Shown: piece by piece, positions 1 through 9,039 of the stretch | How positions within the stretch are numbered: position 1 is the first letter of the stretch | How the letters are laid out: each line of letters opens with the position of its first letter | From: Patescibacteria group bacterium | GTDB lineage: Bacteria > Patescibacteriota > Patescibacteriia > JAHIZJ01 | Reading direction: 5' to 3' | NCBI GenBank assembly: GCA_041650335.1 | Contig: JBAZLK010000005.1 | Coordinates: 10,580 to 74,579, forward strand | Length of the DNA stretch: 64,000 nucleotides | Notes under the pieces: generated by a model | The model's input: the letters and a program-made list of their open reading frames with translations, nothing else | Told to the model about the DNA's origin: nothing | Databases searched by the model: none | Made by a program: the position numbers and the translations under genes

Positions 1-1776
1 GGACGCCTGACTGAAGCGGCCGGTCCGATGAAGGGCCTGCCGGTTAAAGAAGCCCGGAAAAAGGTCGTCGAAATACTTGAGAGCAAGGGCTTAGTTGATC
101 ATATCGACGAAAATTATATTCACAACCTCTCGGTTTGTTATCGTTGCGGCACGCCGATTGAACCACTGGTCTCACGCCAATGGTTTCTGGCCGTCGATAA
201 ACCGGCTAAGCGGCTTGGGAATAAAACTCTGAAGCAGCGCGCCTTGGAAGTGGTTGAAAATAATGAGATTGCGTTCGTGCCCGACCGCTTTACGAAAGTG
301 TACCGACACTGGATGGAGAATCTCCACGACTGGTGCATCTCGCGCCAGATCTGGTACGGACACAAGATACCCGTCTGGTACTGCGAGACATGCCATGCCG
401 ACCAAAAAAAATATCAAGCCGGCAAATACTATTGGCTGCCAGAAAAAAATACCCCGACCGCCTGTCCGCGCTGCCATGGCCAAGACATCCATCAGGACCA
501 CGACACTCTCGACACCTGGTTTTCTTCCGGCTTGTGGACGTTTTCCACGCTCGGCTGGCCAATGGTAAAAGATATGGGTTTCGACCCGGCGCTGGTTGAT
601 CTCGTGATATCGGGAAAAAAGACGAAGACTTTCCGCTTGCGCGACCACGATCTGTCTGTCGGAGAAACATGCCTTACACACGACAGCAAAACGAAAAAGA
701 AGTTCGGCTATTTACGCATTCTTCGTTCAACTAAAATACCATTCAACGAAATCGCACTCCAGACCGCGGGACACGAACCATACAAAAGCCAGGCGGAATT
801 GAAAACAACATTTCAAAAATATTACCCGGATATAACAATCACGCCGGATACGCCAGTGTGGGTATACGAGTATATCTATCAAAAAGAGTCTGATTTGGAG
901 CAATTTCACCCCACCTCGATCCTGGAAACCGCTTACGACATTATCTTTTTCTGGGTGGCGCGAATGATTCTGATGTCGACATATCTGGTGGGCGAAATCC
1001 CGTTTAAAACCGTGTACCTCCACGGCTTGGTGCGCGATAAAAAGGGCCGGAAGATGTCGAAATCGCTCGGCAACGGCATTGATCCGCTTGAGATGGCTGA
1101 TAAATACGGTGCGGATGCAGTCCGGCTGGCACTGGTCATCGGTACTACCCCGGGCAACGACCAAAAACTGGACGAACAGAAGATTGCCGGCTTTCGCAAC
1201 TATGTTAATAAGGTCTGGAATATCGGCCGGTTCATTGCCATGCAGGGCGAGGGTAAAAGCCTTAGCGAAGCCAAACCCGAAACAATGGCCGATTATTGGA
1301 TTTTCAGCCGACTCAATACAATCATTCAAGAAATATCAAATCATTTGGTCAAATATGAATTTTCCCAGGCGGGTGAAAAAATATACGACTTTGCCTGGCA
1401 CGAATTCGCCGACTGGTACCTGGAAATAACGAAACTAGAGGGCAATGTGGCGCTGGCCCACCAGGTATTCGGTGAAATCTTAAAACTTCTTCATCCCTAT
1501 ATGCCCTTTGTCACGGAAGCGCTCTGGCGGCAGCTTGGCTATGGAAAAGATTTGCTCATGATTGAAATATGGCCGTCATCAGACCCGTCGAAAATTAATC
1601 CTGCAGCAGAGAAAAAGTTTGCCGAACTCCAACAGACTATCACCGAATACCGTCGGCAGCGGAAGGAATCTGGTGCCCCGGCCGGACAAGTCATGTCCGT
1701 ACCTGTACCGACTGGTTTAGCCGGAGAGCTTAAACCGATTATTGAGCGCCTGGCAAAAGTAACATTTACGACTTAG
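1..1776 (+). CDS. valS: Valyl-tRNA synthetase, 5'-truncated at window edge (C-terminal ~590 aa)
   Basis: Reading frame is open from nt 1. KMSKS motif (KMSKSLGNGIDP) is present. DTWFSSGLW...LGWP and FHPTSILETAYDIIFFWVARM blocks are typical of class I ValRS. A CxxC...CxxC zinc-ribbon-like segment lies at about 382-477, and a ~114 aa insertion at 562-903 is atypical. Confidence 0.9.
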   Translation, partial: GRLTEAAGPMKGLPVKEARKKVVEILESKGLVDHIDENYIHNLSVCYRCGTPIEPLVSRQWFLAVDKPAKRLGNKTLKQRALEVVENNEIAFVPDRFTKVYRHWMENLHDWCISRQIWYGHKIPVWYCETCHADQKKYQAGKYYWLPEKNTPTACPRCHGQDIHQDHDTLDTWFSSGLWTFSTLGWPMVKDMGFDPALVDLVISGKKTKTFRLRDHDLSVGETCLTHDSKTKKKFGYLRILRSTKIPFNEIALQTAGHEPYKSQAELKTTFQKYYPDITITPDTPVWVYEYIYQKESDLEQFHPTSILETAYDIIFFWVARMILMSTYLVGEIPFKTVYLHGLVRDKKGRKMSKSLGNGIDPLEMADKYGADAVRLALVIGTTPGNDQKLDEQKIAGFRNYVNKVWNIGRFIAMQGEGKSLSEAKPETMADYWIFSRLNTIIQEISNHLVKYEFSQAGEKIYDFAWHEFADWYLEITKLEGNVALAHQVFGEILKLLHPYMPFVTEALWRQLGYGKDLLMIEIWPSSDPSKINPAAEKKFAELQQTITEYRRQRKESGAPAGQVMSVPVPTGLAGELKPIIERLAKVTFTT

Positions 1777-1777
1777 T

Positions 1778-2950
1778 ATGTCCTATCGTGGCGAACATGG
1801 ATTTCCGCACTTGAGCATTGAGGCTATGGAACGCGACTTGTCTGATGTTGAGTATGGCGTATCTACTGTCCTGGCTTCCCCGTATAAAAAACGGCAGCCG
1901 CAGCATGACCGCCTCGTTCAGGAACACGGCGGTCTGTCTCCGTATAAACCGGAAGAGCTCGCTGCGGACCGCCGCACCATCATTGATCTGGGACGCCGCG
2001 ATCAGACTGAAGATACTGTCCGCGGGCGTATTTTGGAAGCGTTTCTGGCTGAGCATGCTTCCACGCTGGGCTGGTTTGGGCCCGAGTCTCATGCGGTAAC
2101 CACCTGCGAATACGATAATCGGCGCAACGCCACAGACATAGTATTGACTTTGCCGGGGAAAGACGGCCAGCCGGCGTACCTGGCGATTGATGTTACGACG
2201 GCCACCAGTGGGGGCGCCCTGTCAGAAAAACAACACCGGCTGAAGCAGTCGCTTGAAACCGGGGAACTGACGAGCTTGAAATATTACTTTGACGCCTCCG
2301 AACCGGTGATCGGCGTCCGCCGCCTGGAACATATCCCGCGGGTGGTCATCGGCTTGCCGGCGGATGCGGTCGGCGAATTATGTAAGCTGTTAGAGCCTTA
2401 TCTGAAATCCGGCCAGCGCCATACCGGGGAAGCCAGTCTGCGTGAACACCCGCTCAAAGATGAATTAATCAGTTCAACGGTGTCACAGTTGGAGCAACAG
2501 ATTCTTTTCCTTGTGGTCCATTATTTTGAGCTCATTTCCAAACGCGATCCGCACGGATCCTGCGTGTATATCACAAAAACGCGACTACCTGAGCAATTTG
2601 AGCAGTTTTCTAAATTGATCCACTCCCTGACCGAAACGATGCTGGCCCCTGATCCGTCCCGCGTAACCGAGCGCCTGCCACTCTTAACGCAGTCCGTCGA
2701 GGTATTGGAATCGCTCGGCAAACATTTTCAGGTAGATTTTCCCCTGGGGCAATGCGTACGTAAAATCAGTGAGATTCGCGACCTGCTGGCTTCCTCCCGG
2801 TCAAATAAAAAAGGTTCCGAAAAACGCAGTAGCGATCCCGGAACCGAGGTGGTCCATTTGTCGGACCGTGAATGGACACGTGCCGATGATCATGGCTTTA
2901 CCCCCTGGTTCCGTCGCGCCGCAGAGCTCGTAGAGCTCGAACAGCGGTAG
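1778..2950 (+). CDS. hypothetical protein (390 aa), translationally coupled to valS
   Basis: Long ORF starting 2 nt after the valS stop. Codon usage and GC resemble neighbours. No recognisable motif. Confidence 0.55.
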   Translation: MSYRGEHGFPHLSIEAMERDLSDVEYGVSTVLASPYKKRQPQHDRLVQEHGGLSPYKPEELAADRRTIIDLGRRDQTEDTVRGRILEAFLAEHASTLGWFGPESHAVTTCEYDNRRNATDIVLTLPGKDGQPAYLAIDVTTATSGGALSEKQHRLKQSLETGELTSLKYYFDASEPVIGVRRLEHIPRVVIGLPADAVGELCKLLEPYLKSGQRHTGEASLREHPLKDELISSTVSQLEQQILFLVVHYFELISKRDPHGSCVYITKTRLPEQFEQFSKLIHSLTETMLAPDPSRVTERLPLLTQSVEVLESLGKHFQVDFPLGQCVRKISEIRDLLASSRSNKKGSEKRSSDPGTEVVHLSDREWTRADDHGFTPWFRRAAELVELEQR

Positions 2951-3141
2951 AAACCAGCATGATCCACCAGCTCATACGCGTCAGCTTGCGCTGAGCCTCT
3001 CGGAACAGAAATTCGTCGGTCCTGGCCATCTGTTTTCTCCCTTCCTTCGTTTACAGCAATACGGTATGCCCGATCCTACCACGGGTCTGACGCGCTGTCA
3101 AGGCGGGATAAAACAATTCTAATATCTATTTTGAAAATTAA

Positions 3142-3170
3142 AAAAACCCTCGTCGGGTTTTTATTTTTGT
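3142..3170. terminator. bidirectional rho-independent terminator-like hairpin
   Basis: aaaaaaaccctcgtcgggtttttattttt: short GC stem flanked by an A-run and a T-run, between the convergent 390-aa ORF and pilB. Confidence 0.45.
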
Positions 3171-3174
3171 CTAC

Positions 3175-4881
3175 TTATTCGGCTACTCGAAAGACTTCAT
3201 CAAGGCTGGTAATGCCATCCAGGGCTTTGAGCAGGCCATCTTGGACAATAGTAATCATGCCGTGTTTTACCGCCGCGTCTTGGATGGCGTATTCCGAGAC
3301 TTGACCGCTGAGTATTATTTTCTCAATGTCAGAATTCATTGTCATAACCTCGTAGATGCCTGTCCGGCCTTTTAAGCCAAGGTGGTGGCACGCATCACAG
3401 CCCGTGCCTTTATAGAATTTGAGTGCGTTCAGATCAACTCGGTATCCGGAGTTCACCGGAATCTTCCCCAGGTTGTCTTTGACTCTTACCAGCTCCTCAT
3501 CGGTTGGCGTATATTCAGCCTTGCACTTCTCGCATACTCGCCGAACCAGCCGTTGGGCCATGATCGCATTCAGCGCTGGTGCCAAGAGAAACGGCCGGGC
3601 GTCGAGGGCCATAAACCGCGGAATTGTCCCGGCGGCACCATTGGTATGGACGGTCGATAACACTAAATGGCCGGTGAGCGCGGCTTGGATCGCGATCTCG
3701 GTCGTTTCAGCGTCCCGGATTTCACCAACCATGACGATATCGGGGTCTTGCCGGAGAATCGCCCGCAAACCTTTGGCGAACGTATATTCCCGGCTGGAAT
3801 CAATCTGGCTTTGGCTGATGCCGGCGAGTTTGTACTCGACCGGGTCCTCTAAGGTAATAATTTTCGTTTCCGGGCGATTGAGAAGATTGAGAATGGCGTA
3901 GAGGGTGGTTGTCTTACCAGAACCAGTCGGCCCGGTCGTGATAATCATACCATTCGGACGCTTAACTTCCTTCTTCAGCTGGTCATACGCTAACCCACGG
4001 ATGCCGAGCTGATCAAAACCAAGAGCGGTGGCCGAGGAATGCAGCAACCGCATAACCACGCTTTCACCGTATGCGGTGGGCAGAGTCGAAACGCGGATAT
4101 CGATTTTTTCATCCTGCATTGCCACGGTAATTCGGCCGTCCTGCGGTATGGTCGTGATATTCATCTTCAGTTTGGCCATGAGTTTTATCCGGCTGATAAC
4201 TTTCGGCCAGCGCTCAGGCGGCATAGACGCCACATCATACAAAACGCCGTCAATCCGAAAACGGACTTTTATTTCGTGCTCTTGGGCCTCGATATGGATA
4301 TCCGACGAGCCGGCGTTGATAGCCGAGGCGAGAATCATGGTAAACACCTCGGTCAGCGAACCCGACTTTATCTGGGCGTCAAGTGTCTGAAAATCAATTA
4401 TCCGCTGCTTAAACTGGTCGATATCGGCCTGGCTGATCTCGAGGTCGCGCGATACCATCTTCACCTTCACCACGCGATCATAGTGTTTTAAGGCCCACTG
4501 CCAGCTGTCTTCGGAAATCAGGTAGAGTTCGACCTTACCCTGAAACTTCTGGGCAAGTCGCTGGAGTATCTGATCAAGACCGGCCGCTTGCGGCTCGACA
4601 ACACCCACTCGTACGCCGCTTGATCCTTGATAAAATGCTATAATCCGGCAATCCCTTGCCTCGGTTTCTGTTATTAAAGAAATGACGTCTGGGTTGATCG
4701 GATACCCTCGTAGGCTGATATACGGCAAACCTAAATCCTGGGCGCGTTGTCGGGTTGCCCGTTCTTGTTCCCGAACGTCAATCTCTTTGATTTTGTCCTG
4801 GAGTTTGTCGGTCGCCGTTATTTTTTTCTGGGCGGCCTTTGATTGACGTAATAAATCTTCAATCGATTGAGTATCAGCCAT
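3175..4881 (-). CDS. pilB: Type IV pilus assembly ATPase PilB / GspE family
   Basis: Walker A GPTGSGKTTT, an N-terminal GSPII_E_N-like region, and a tetracysteine motif CEKC...CDAC typical of PilB/GspE. Confidence 0.85.
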   Translation of the reverse strand: MADTQSIEDLLRQSKAAQKKITATDKLQDKIKEIDVREQERATRQRAQDLGLPYISLRGYPINPDVISLITETEARDCRIIAFYQGSSGVRVGVVEPQAAGLDQILQRLAQKFQGKVELYLISEDSWQWALKHYDRVVKVKMVSRDLEISQADIDQFKQRIIDFQTLDAQIKSGSLTEVFTMILASAINAGSSDIHIEAQEHEIKVRFRIDGVLYDVASMPPERWPKVISRIKLMAKLKMNITTIPQDGRITVAMQDEKIDIRVSTLPTAYGESVVMRLLHSSATALGFDQLGIRGLAYDQLKKEVKRPNGMIITTGPTGSGKTTTLYAILNLLNRPETKIITLEDPVEYKLAGISQSQIDSSREYTFAKGLRAILRQDPDIVMVGEIRDAETTEIAIQAALTGHLVLSTVHTNGAAGTIPRFMALDARPFLLAPALNAIMAQRLVRRVCEKCKAEYTPTDEELVRVKDNLGKIPVNSGYRVDLNALKFYKGTGCDACHHLGLKGRTGIYEVMTMNSDIEKIILSGQVSEYAIQDAAVKHGMITIVQDGLLKALDGITSLDEVFRVAE

Positions 4882-4947
4882 ATCACCTACAGTATATCAG
4901 ATTCTGGGATAATAAAAAACAGCCGGTCAGGCCATTTTCCTTTGCGG

Positions 4948-6120
4948 TTAGGCGATATGCGGCTGGAGTGTTTTGAGTATGACTTGTTCGGCCGCGAGCA
5001 GATCTTTTTCCGGGAGACGTATTTTTGTAAAATCGTGACTACCCTCTGCCTGAAAACCTTTAAAAACCGCCAGGGCGTCAACATTGGTCGGCGTTGAAAC
5101 AATGCCGTGGATTTGCTGGGGTTTTTTTTCGTATAAGATAAATATGGCCTTCGCCTCCGGCGTGTTCACTATTAGCTCGTCAATGACTCCGGGCAGGTCC
5201 TCGGGCCGGGCGCCCGATTTCGAGAAGTCTTCGGTCGTCAGTAATGACCAAACAATGGCATTGTTTTTCGTCGACCGAAGCCGGGCCAGCGTCCGTCCCC
5301 AAAGCTTGAGCGTTTCAATCGATTTCGTTTGGTATAAGTTTTTAATAATCTCTTCGCGCCGGGCGCCCGAATCAATGAGGTGACTGGCGATTGCCAACGA
5401 CTTTGGCGTTACGGCCGGGCTTTGAAAACTTTTCGTCTTTGAAATAATGCCGGTCAGGAGATTTGTAGCAATGTATTCGTCTAAGAGCTCGCTGCCGAGC
5501 GACTTCGCGAGCTCAAAAACGATTTCAGAAGTTGAGGTAGCGGTAACGTCAACCAGGTTGACCTGGCCGAAATTCTCATTCGCCGCTTCATGGTCAATAT
5601 TCAGGATCGGCGTCCGGTAGAAAAATTCTGTTTGATCATCATACATCTTGCCCAGCGACTCAAGGTCGGGCGCGCCGATGATAATGATCAGGTTGTAGGC
5701 AAAATTCCCATAAGCCAGCGAAACGTCCTTTTCTTCAAAATATCCGTTCCGTGGTGTAATATAGATATTGAGCTTCTTGTTTTGGATGTCATAGCTGAGC
5801 TCCTCCACGCTGGTCCGGCTGACATCAAGGGAGATAATGAATTGACGCAAGCTTGAGAGCTCGGTATGGATGTCGTCGCTCTTGGCCAAAAAGTTGACAT
5901 TCGGTGGCAGCCGAAATTCGTTGCAGACCACCTTGGCGTCCTTTTTCAGTTTTTCCAGGACCAAAAAAAGGCCGAGTCCAGAGGCAACGGCGTCGACTGA
6001 TGGATTTCGCGGGAGGACAATAATGATGCTGCTGGACTTTTTGATGATATCTTGCGCTTGTTGGAGTGGGGTTAACGCCATGACAAAATATGAGCTATTT
6101 TTTTGAGAATTCCTTAGCAT
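4948..6120 (-). CDS. DHH/DHHA1-like phosphoesterase (NrnA-like, divergent)
   Basis: Overall NrnA-like architecture. A DAVASGLG motif and NIDHEAANENFG (DHH-like) are present. The C-terminal region has a GGGH-like context. The match is divergent, so the call is tentative. Confidence 0.45.
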   Translation of the reverse strand: MLRNSQKNSSYFVMALTPLQQAQDIIKKSSSIIIVLPRNPSVDAVASGLGLFLVLEKLKKDAKVVCNEFRLPPNVNFLAKSDDIHTELSSLRQFIISLDVSRTSVEELSYDIQNKKLNIYITPRNGYFEEKDVSLAYGNFAYNLIIIIGAPDLESLGKMYDDQTEFFYRTPILNIDHEAANENFGQVNLVDVTATSTSEIVFELAKSLGSELLDEYIATNLLTGIISKTKSFQSPAVTPKSLAIASHLIDSGARREEIIKNLYQTKSIETLKLWGRTLARLRSTKNNAIVWSLLTTEDFSKSGARPEDLPGVIDELIVNTPEAKAIFILYEKKPQQIHGIVSTPTNVDALAVFKGFQAEGSHDFTKIRLPEKDLLAAEQVILKTLQPHIA

Positions 6121-6127
6121 ATCCTAC

Positions 6128-6601
6128 TTGCACGAGGCTGTCAAGAATTCCTCGCTATTTCACTCACCGATGCGTTATCTAAGCCAAAAACCGAAGGAAA
6201 CAATTGCATTTGCCAAGCGCGTCGCCTCCCGTTTACGCGGCGGCGACGTGGTGGTATTCGCCGGCGGTCTGGGCAGCGGAAAAACGACCTTTATGAAGGG
6301 GGTGGCGAAATTTTTTTGTATTCGCCAGGTCATCCAAAGCCCGACGTTTGTCATCGCCAAGGTCTATCGTCTCAAAAGAAACACTGCCCGGGCTCGAGCG
6401 ACACACCTTCTTCATATCGACGCCTATCGGATAATGGGCCGCACGCAGTTATCCGCGCTCGGCCTCGATGATCTGATTGGCGCGCCCGGGGTGATTACGT
6501 GCATTGAAAACCCGAAACGATTATTTCGCAAAAGCGATTATACCCATCGAATCGCGTTGCAGCTTGTTAATCCCGAGAGGCGCTTGATCGTCTTCCAATA
6601 A
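6128..6601 (+). CDS. tsaE: tRNA threonylcarbamoyladenosine biosynthesis protein TsaE
   Basis: P-loop GGLGSGKTTFMKG and SPTFVIAKVY are typical of YjeE/TsaE. Size is 157 aa. Confidence 0.85.
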   Translation: MHEAVKNSSLFHSPMRYLSQKPKETIAFAKRVASRLRGGDVVVFAGGLGSGKTTFMKGVAKFFCIRQVIQSPTFVIAKVYRLKRNTARARATHLLHIDAYRIMGRTQLSALGLDDLIGAPGVITCIENPKRLFRKSDYTHRIALQLVNPERRLIVFQ

Positions 6602-6656
6602 GACGGCGGAAACTGTATAATAAAGCGGCAGAGAGCCTCAGCTTGATAATTCATCC

Positions 6657-7004
6657 TTGCGTATGTTTGCCCAGTTTCGTTCGGCACGTCATTCGCTGAT
6701 GCGCCGGGCAGAAAATTTACGGCGACAGCAAAAGCGTTTCCGCCATAATTTTTCCGGCTTCGCCAAGTGGACGTGGTTTGAGTCCGGCCGGATTTTATTG
6801 CTGGTTATCGCCTGCGTGGTATCATTTCCTGTTTATCTGCTCCAACCGGCCAATGCCGGTTTTGCCCTCTTGGCCTGGCGAAATGGCAGCGGTAAATTCT
6901 CCGAATCATACCGTCAATACACCTTACTGCGACGAACTACCCTTGTTTTCGGCTTCGTGTTCGCGTTTTCTTTAATTCTCTGGCTGTCTAGCATTTTCAT
7001 CTAG
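6657..7004 (+). CDS. small hypothetical membrane protein (2 predicted TM helices)
   Basis: ORF preceded by a TATAAT at about 6625 and followed by a terminator hairpin at 7018-7045. Hydrophobic segments are present. Confidence 0.35.
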   Translation: MRMFAQFRSARHSLMRRAENLRRQQKRFRHNFSGFAKWTWFESGRILLLVIACVVSFPVYLLQPANAGFALLAWRNGSGKFSESYRQYTLLRRTTLVFGFVFAFSLILWLSSIFI

Positions 7005-7017
7005 TTTTCTGAATAAT

Positions 7018-7045
7018 AAAAAACGGCCTGATAGCCGTTTTTTTG
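7018..7045. terminator. bidirectional rho-independent terminator
   Basis: aaaaaacggcctgatagccgtttttttg: ACGGC/GCCGT stem flanked by A-run and T-run. Confidence 0.6.
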
Positions 7046-7048
7046 CTA

Positions 7049-7345
7049 TTAGGAATGGCTCGCTGGAAGCGGCGCTTTACTTGATACTTGATTGCGCTCA
7101 CTCGCGAGTTCTTTTGCCACTAAATCGTCCACCACCATTTTTTCACGGCTGATGCTGATCACCTGATCGCGCGATACGCAAAGATGCTGCTTAAAAATAC
7201 CCGTGATTCCGTGTTTTGTCTTCACGAAGTAGCGGGTAATCCGCTGGCTAAGTTCATCAAGCTCAAAACCATCGATGGTGCCAAGATGGGTTTCAGACTT
7301 GGTGTAGACCGGGAGTTGAATGAGCTCTTTATTGCTGAGTGACAT
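7049..7345 (-). CDS. PRC-barrel domain protein (YlmC/YmxH-like), in the position usually held by jag
   Basis: 98 aa. The pattern LGTIDGFELD...VSRDQVISISREKMVVDD resembles PRC-barrel proteins. It lies immediately downstream of yidC. Confidence 0.45.
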   Translation of the reverse strand: MSLSNKELIQLPVYTKSETHLGTIDGFELDELSQRITRYFVKTKHGITGIFKQHLCVSRDQVISISREKMVVDDLVAKELASERNQVSSKAPLPASHS

Positions 7346-8096
7346 TGGTTTGTTCCTGGTGAAGATGCCGCCGCAGAAAAATATATTGTTGAAGGACCTG
7401 GAACAGCGTCGAGGCCGCCCAATACAGAGTTAAACCGGCGGGAAAACTCACGCCAAAGATAAAAGTCATTATCGGCATCAAAAACATCATTTGTCGGTTC
7501 ATGTTCTGTGCGAGATTTCCGCCTTTTTGCTTCGGCTGATGCCGGGTCATCATCCATGATTGCCAGTATTGCAGGCCGGCGGCGAGCCCCGCTAAAACAT
7601 AGTTCTTTGTCTGCGTTAAATCGACAAAACCGAGAAAATGCGTGTGGATTGGTGTTGTCGCATACACCTCCCGAAGATAGGTATAAAGGTGTGTTAGTTG
7701 ATTGGCCGGCAGTATGCCCGTAGCCGGATCGGTCCGTGAAACAGCGATAAAAACCTGGTATAACGCGATCAGGATCGGAAACTGGATGAGTAACGGCAGG
7801 CAGGACGAAAGCGGGTTTATTTTATTCTCACGGTAAAAGAGGACCAGCTGCCGGCTCATTTCCTCTTTGTTGTTGGCGTATTTTTTTCTCAGCGCATCGA
7901 GTTTTGGCTGAATATCCTGCATTTTCTGTTGAGATTTGATCGATGACAAAGAGGGGAGATAGAGGAGAAGCTTAATAATCGCCGTTACGAGAATAATGGA
8001 TATTCCGAGATCGTGCGGTGGCAGATAGTGATAAATGACCATCAGTAAATTGAAGATTGGCTGAAAAAGAATGGTATTAAATATTTGTCCGATCAT
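7329..8096 (-). CDS. yidC: Membrane protein insertase YidC (short form)
   Basis: LIQFPILIALYQV plus multiple TM segments, about 255 aa, in the rnpA-yidD-yidC context. Confidence 0.9.
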   Translation of the reverse strand: MIGQIFNTILFQPIFNLLMVIYHYLPPHDLGISIILVTAIIKLLLYLPSLSSIKSQQKMQDIQPKLDALRKKYANNKEEMSRQLVLFYRENKINPLSSCLPLLIQFPILIALYQVFIAVSRTDPATGILPANQLTHLYTYLREVYATTPIHTHFLGFVDLTQTKNYVLAGLAAGLQYWQSWMMTRHQPKQKGGNLAQNMNRQMMFLMPIMTFIFGVSFPAGLTLYWAASTLFQVLQQYIFLRRHLHQEQTNVTQQ

Positions 8097-8100
8097 GGTG

Positions 8101-8355
8101 TTACCTCACTGGGTCAATCCCGCCCTTCGAAAACGGGTTGCATTTTAATATTCGTACAAATCCTTTGAATGCGCCGCGAAAAATCCCATATTTTTCAATC
8201 GACTGATAGGCATAATCAGAGCACGTCGGGGAGAACCGGCAATACCCGTACGGGTGGAGGTGCGACAACGGCCCATGATCAGGTGACAGGGTTTTTTGAT
8301 ACACAAATATCCCTTTTAGAACTGATTTCTTTATTATTTTACCTAACTTTAGCAT
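8101..8355 (-). CDS. yidD: Membrane protein insertion efficiency factor YidD
   Basis: YQKTLSP...[11 protein letters not shown] signature. Confidence 0.9.
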   Translation of the reverse strand: MLKLGKIIKKSVLKGIFVYQKTLSPDHGPLSHLHPYGYCRFSPTCSDYAYQSIEKYGIFRGAFKGFVRILKCNPFSKGGIDPVR

Positions 8356-8696
8356 TTTTTTAGCAATGCGCTTCTATTTAAAATAAATTCCATGTCTTGG
8401 TTTATTTCGCTAAAATTAGCATTAATAATTACTTTTTTAACAATAATTGCGCAGTCGTAGCCATGTTTTATTTTGGCTAATTTTAGCCTTATTATTTCAC
8501 TTATTCTCCTCTTTATGAGGTTCCTATCCGTGGCTTTCTTTGCGATCTTCTGAGAAACAACAATTCCAAACCTCGATGAAGATAATCCGTTTTCTGCTTT
8601 TCGGATGACAACGTACTTCGAAAAAAAATGAGCTCCTTTTGTATACACCCGACGAAAATCACGGTCGTTCGTTAGGCGATGTGGTCGGGGGAGCAT
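8349..8696 (-). CDS. rnpA: Ribonuclease P protein component
   Basis: [17 protein letters not shown]...[23 protein letters not shown] is the typical RnpA signature. Confidence 0.9.
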   Translation of the reverse strand: MLPRPHRLTNDRDFRRVYTKGAHFFSKYVVIRKAENGLSSSRFGIVVSQKIAKKATDRNLIKRRISEIIRLKLAKIKHGYDCAIIVKKVIINANFSEINQDMEFILNRSALLKKC

Positions 8697-8703
8697 GACT
8701 TTT

Positions 8704-8841
8704 TTAGACTGACAGCCGGCGTCGTTTTTTAAGTCGTCGACGGCGTAAAACCGCTTTGCCGTTTTTTGTGCTCATTCGTTGGCGGAAACCATGTCTTCGT
8801 GCCCGGCGTCGTTTTTTTGGCTGATAGGTTCGTTTCGGCAT
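8704..8841 (-). CDS. rpmH: 50S ribosomal protein L34
   Basis: [45 protein letters not shown]. The ORF in the track has a spurious N-terminal extension; the start was reassigned to an internal ATG. Confidence 0.9.
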   Translation of the reverse strand: MPKRTYQPKKRRRARRHGFRQRMSTKNGKAVLRRRRLKKRRRLSV

Positions 8842-9039
8842 AACAAAAAAGAATAATAATTTCGTGGTTATTCTACCAAGAAGTGACGGTTTGGTCAACG
8901 ATTATGTTTATTAGCCATTTCCTCCACCATTCATCCACATGTTATAAACATTTTCTATCTCGGCTACCGTTTTATCTTCGGCGATTTCGTGGTATATTCA
9001 AGTTCTGAGTTTTTATTTTTTTTGCTATATCGACGGGTT

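Noticed and set aside
3419-3901. 160-aa plus-strand ORF inside pilB
   Set aside because: It is antisense to a strongly supported ATPase gene.
8931-8939. TCATCCACA DnaA-box-like site in the rpmH-dnaA spacer as the primary oriC box
   Set aside because: It is a single one-mismatch site with no clustered partners nearby. It is mentioned within the origin finding but not annotated as a feature.
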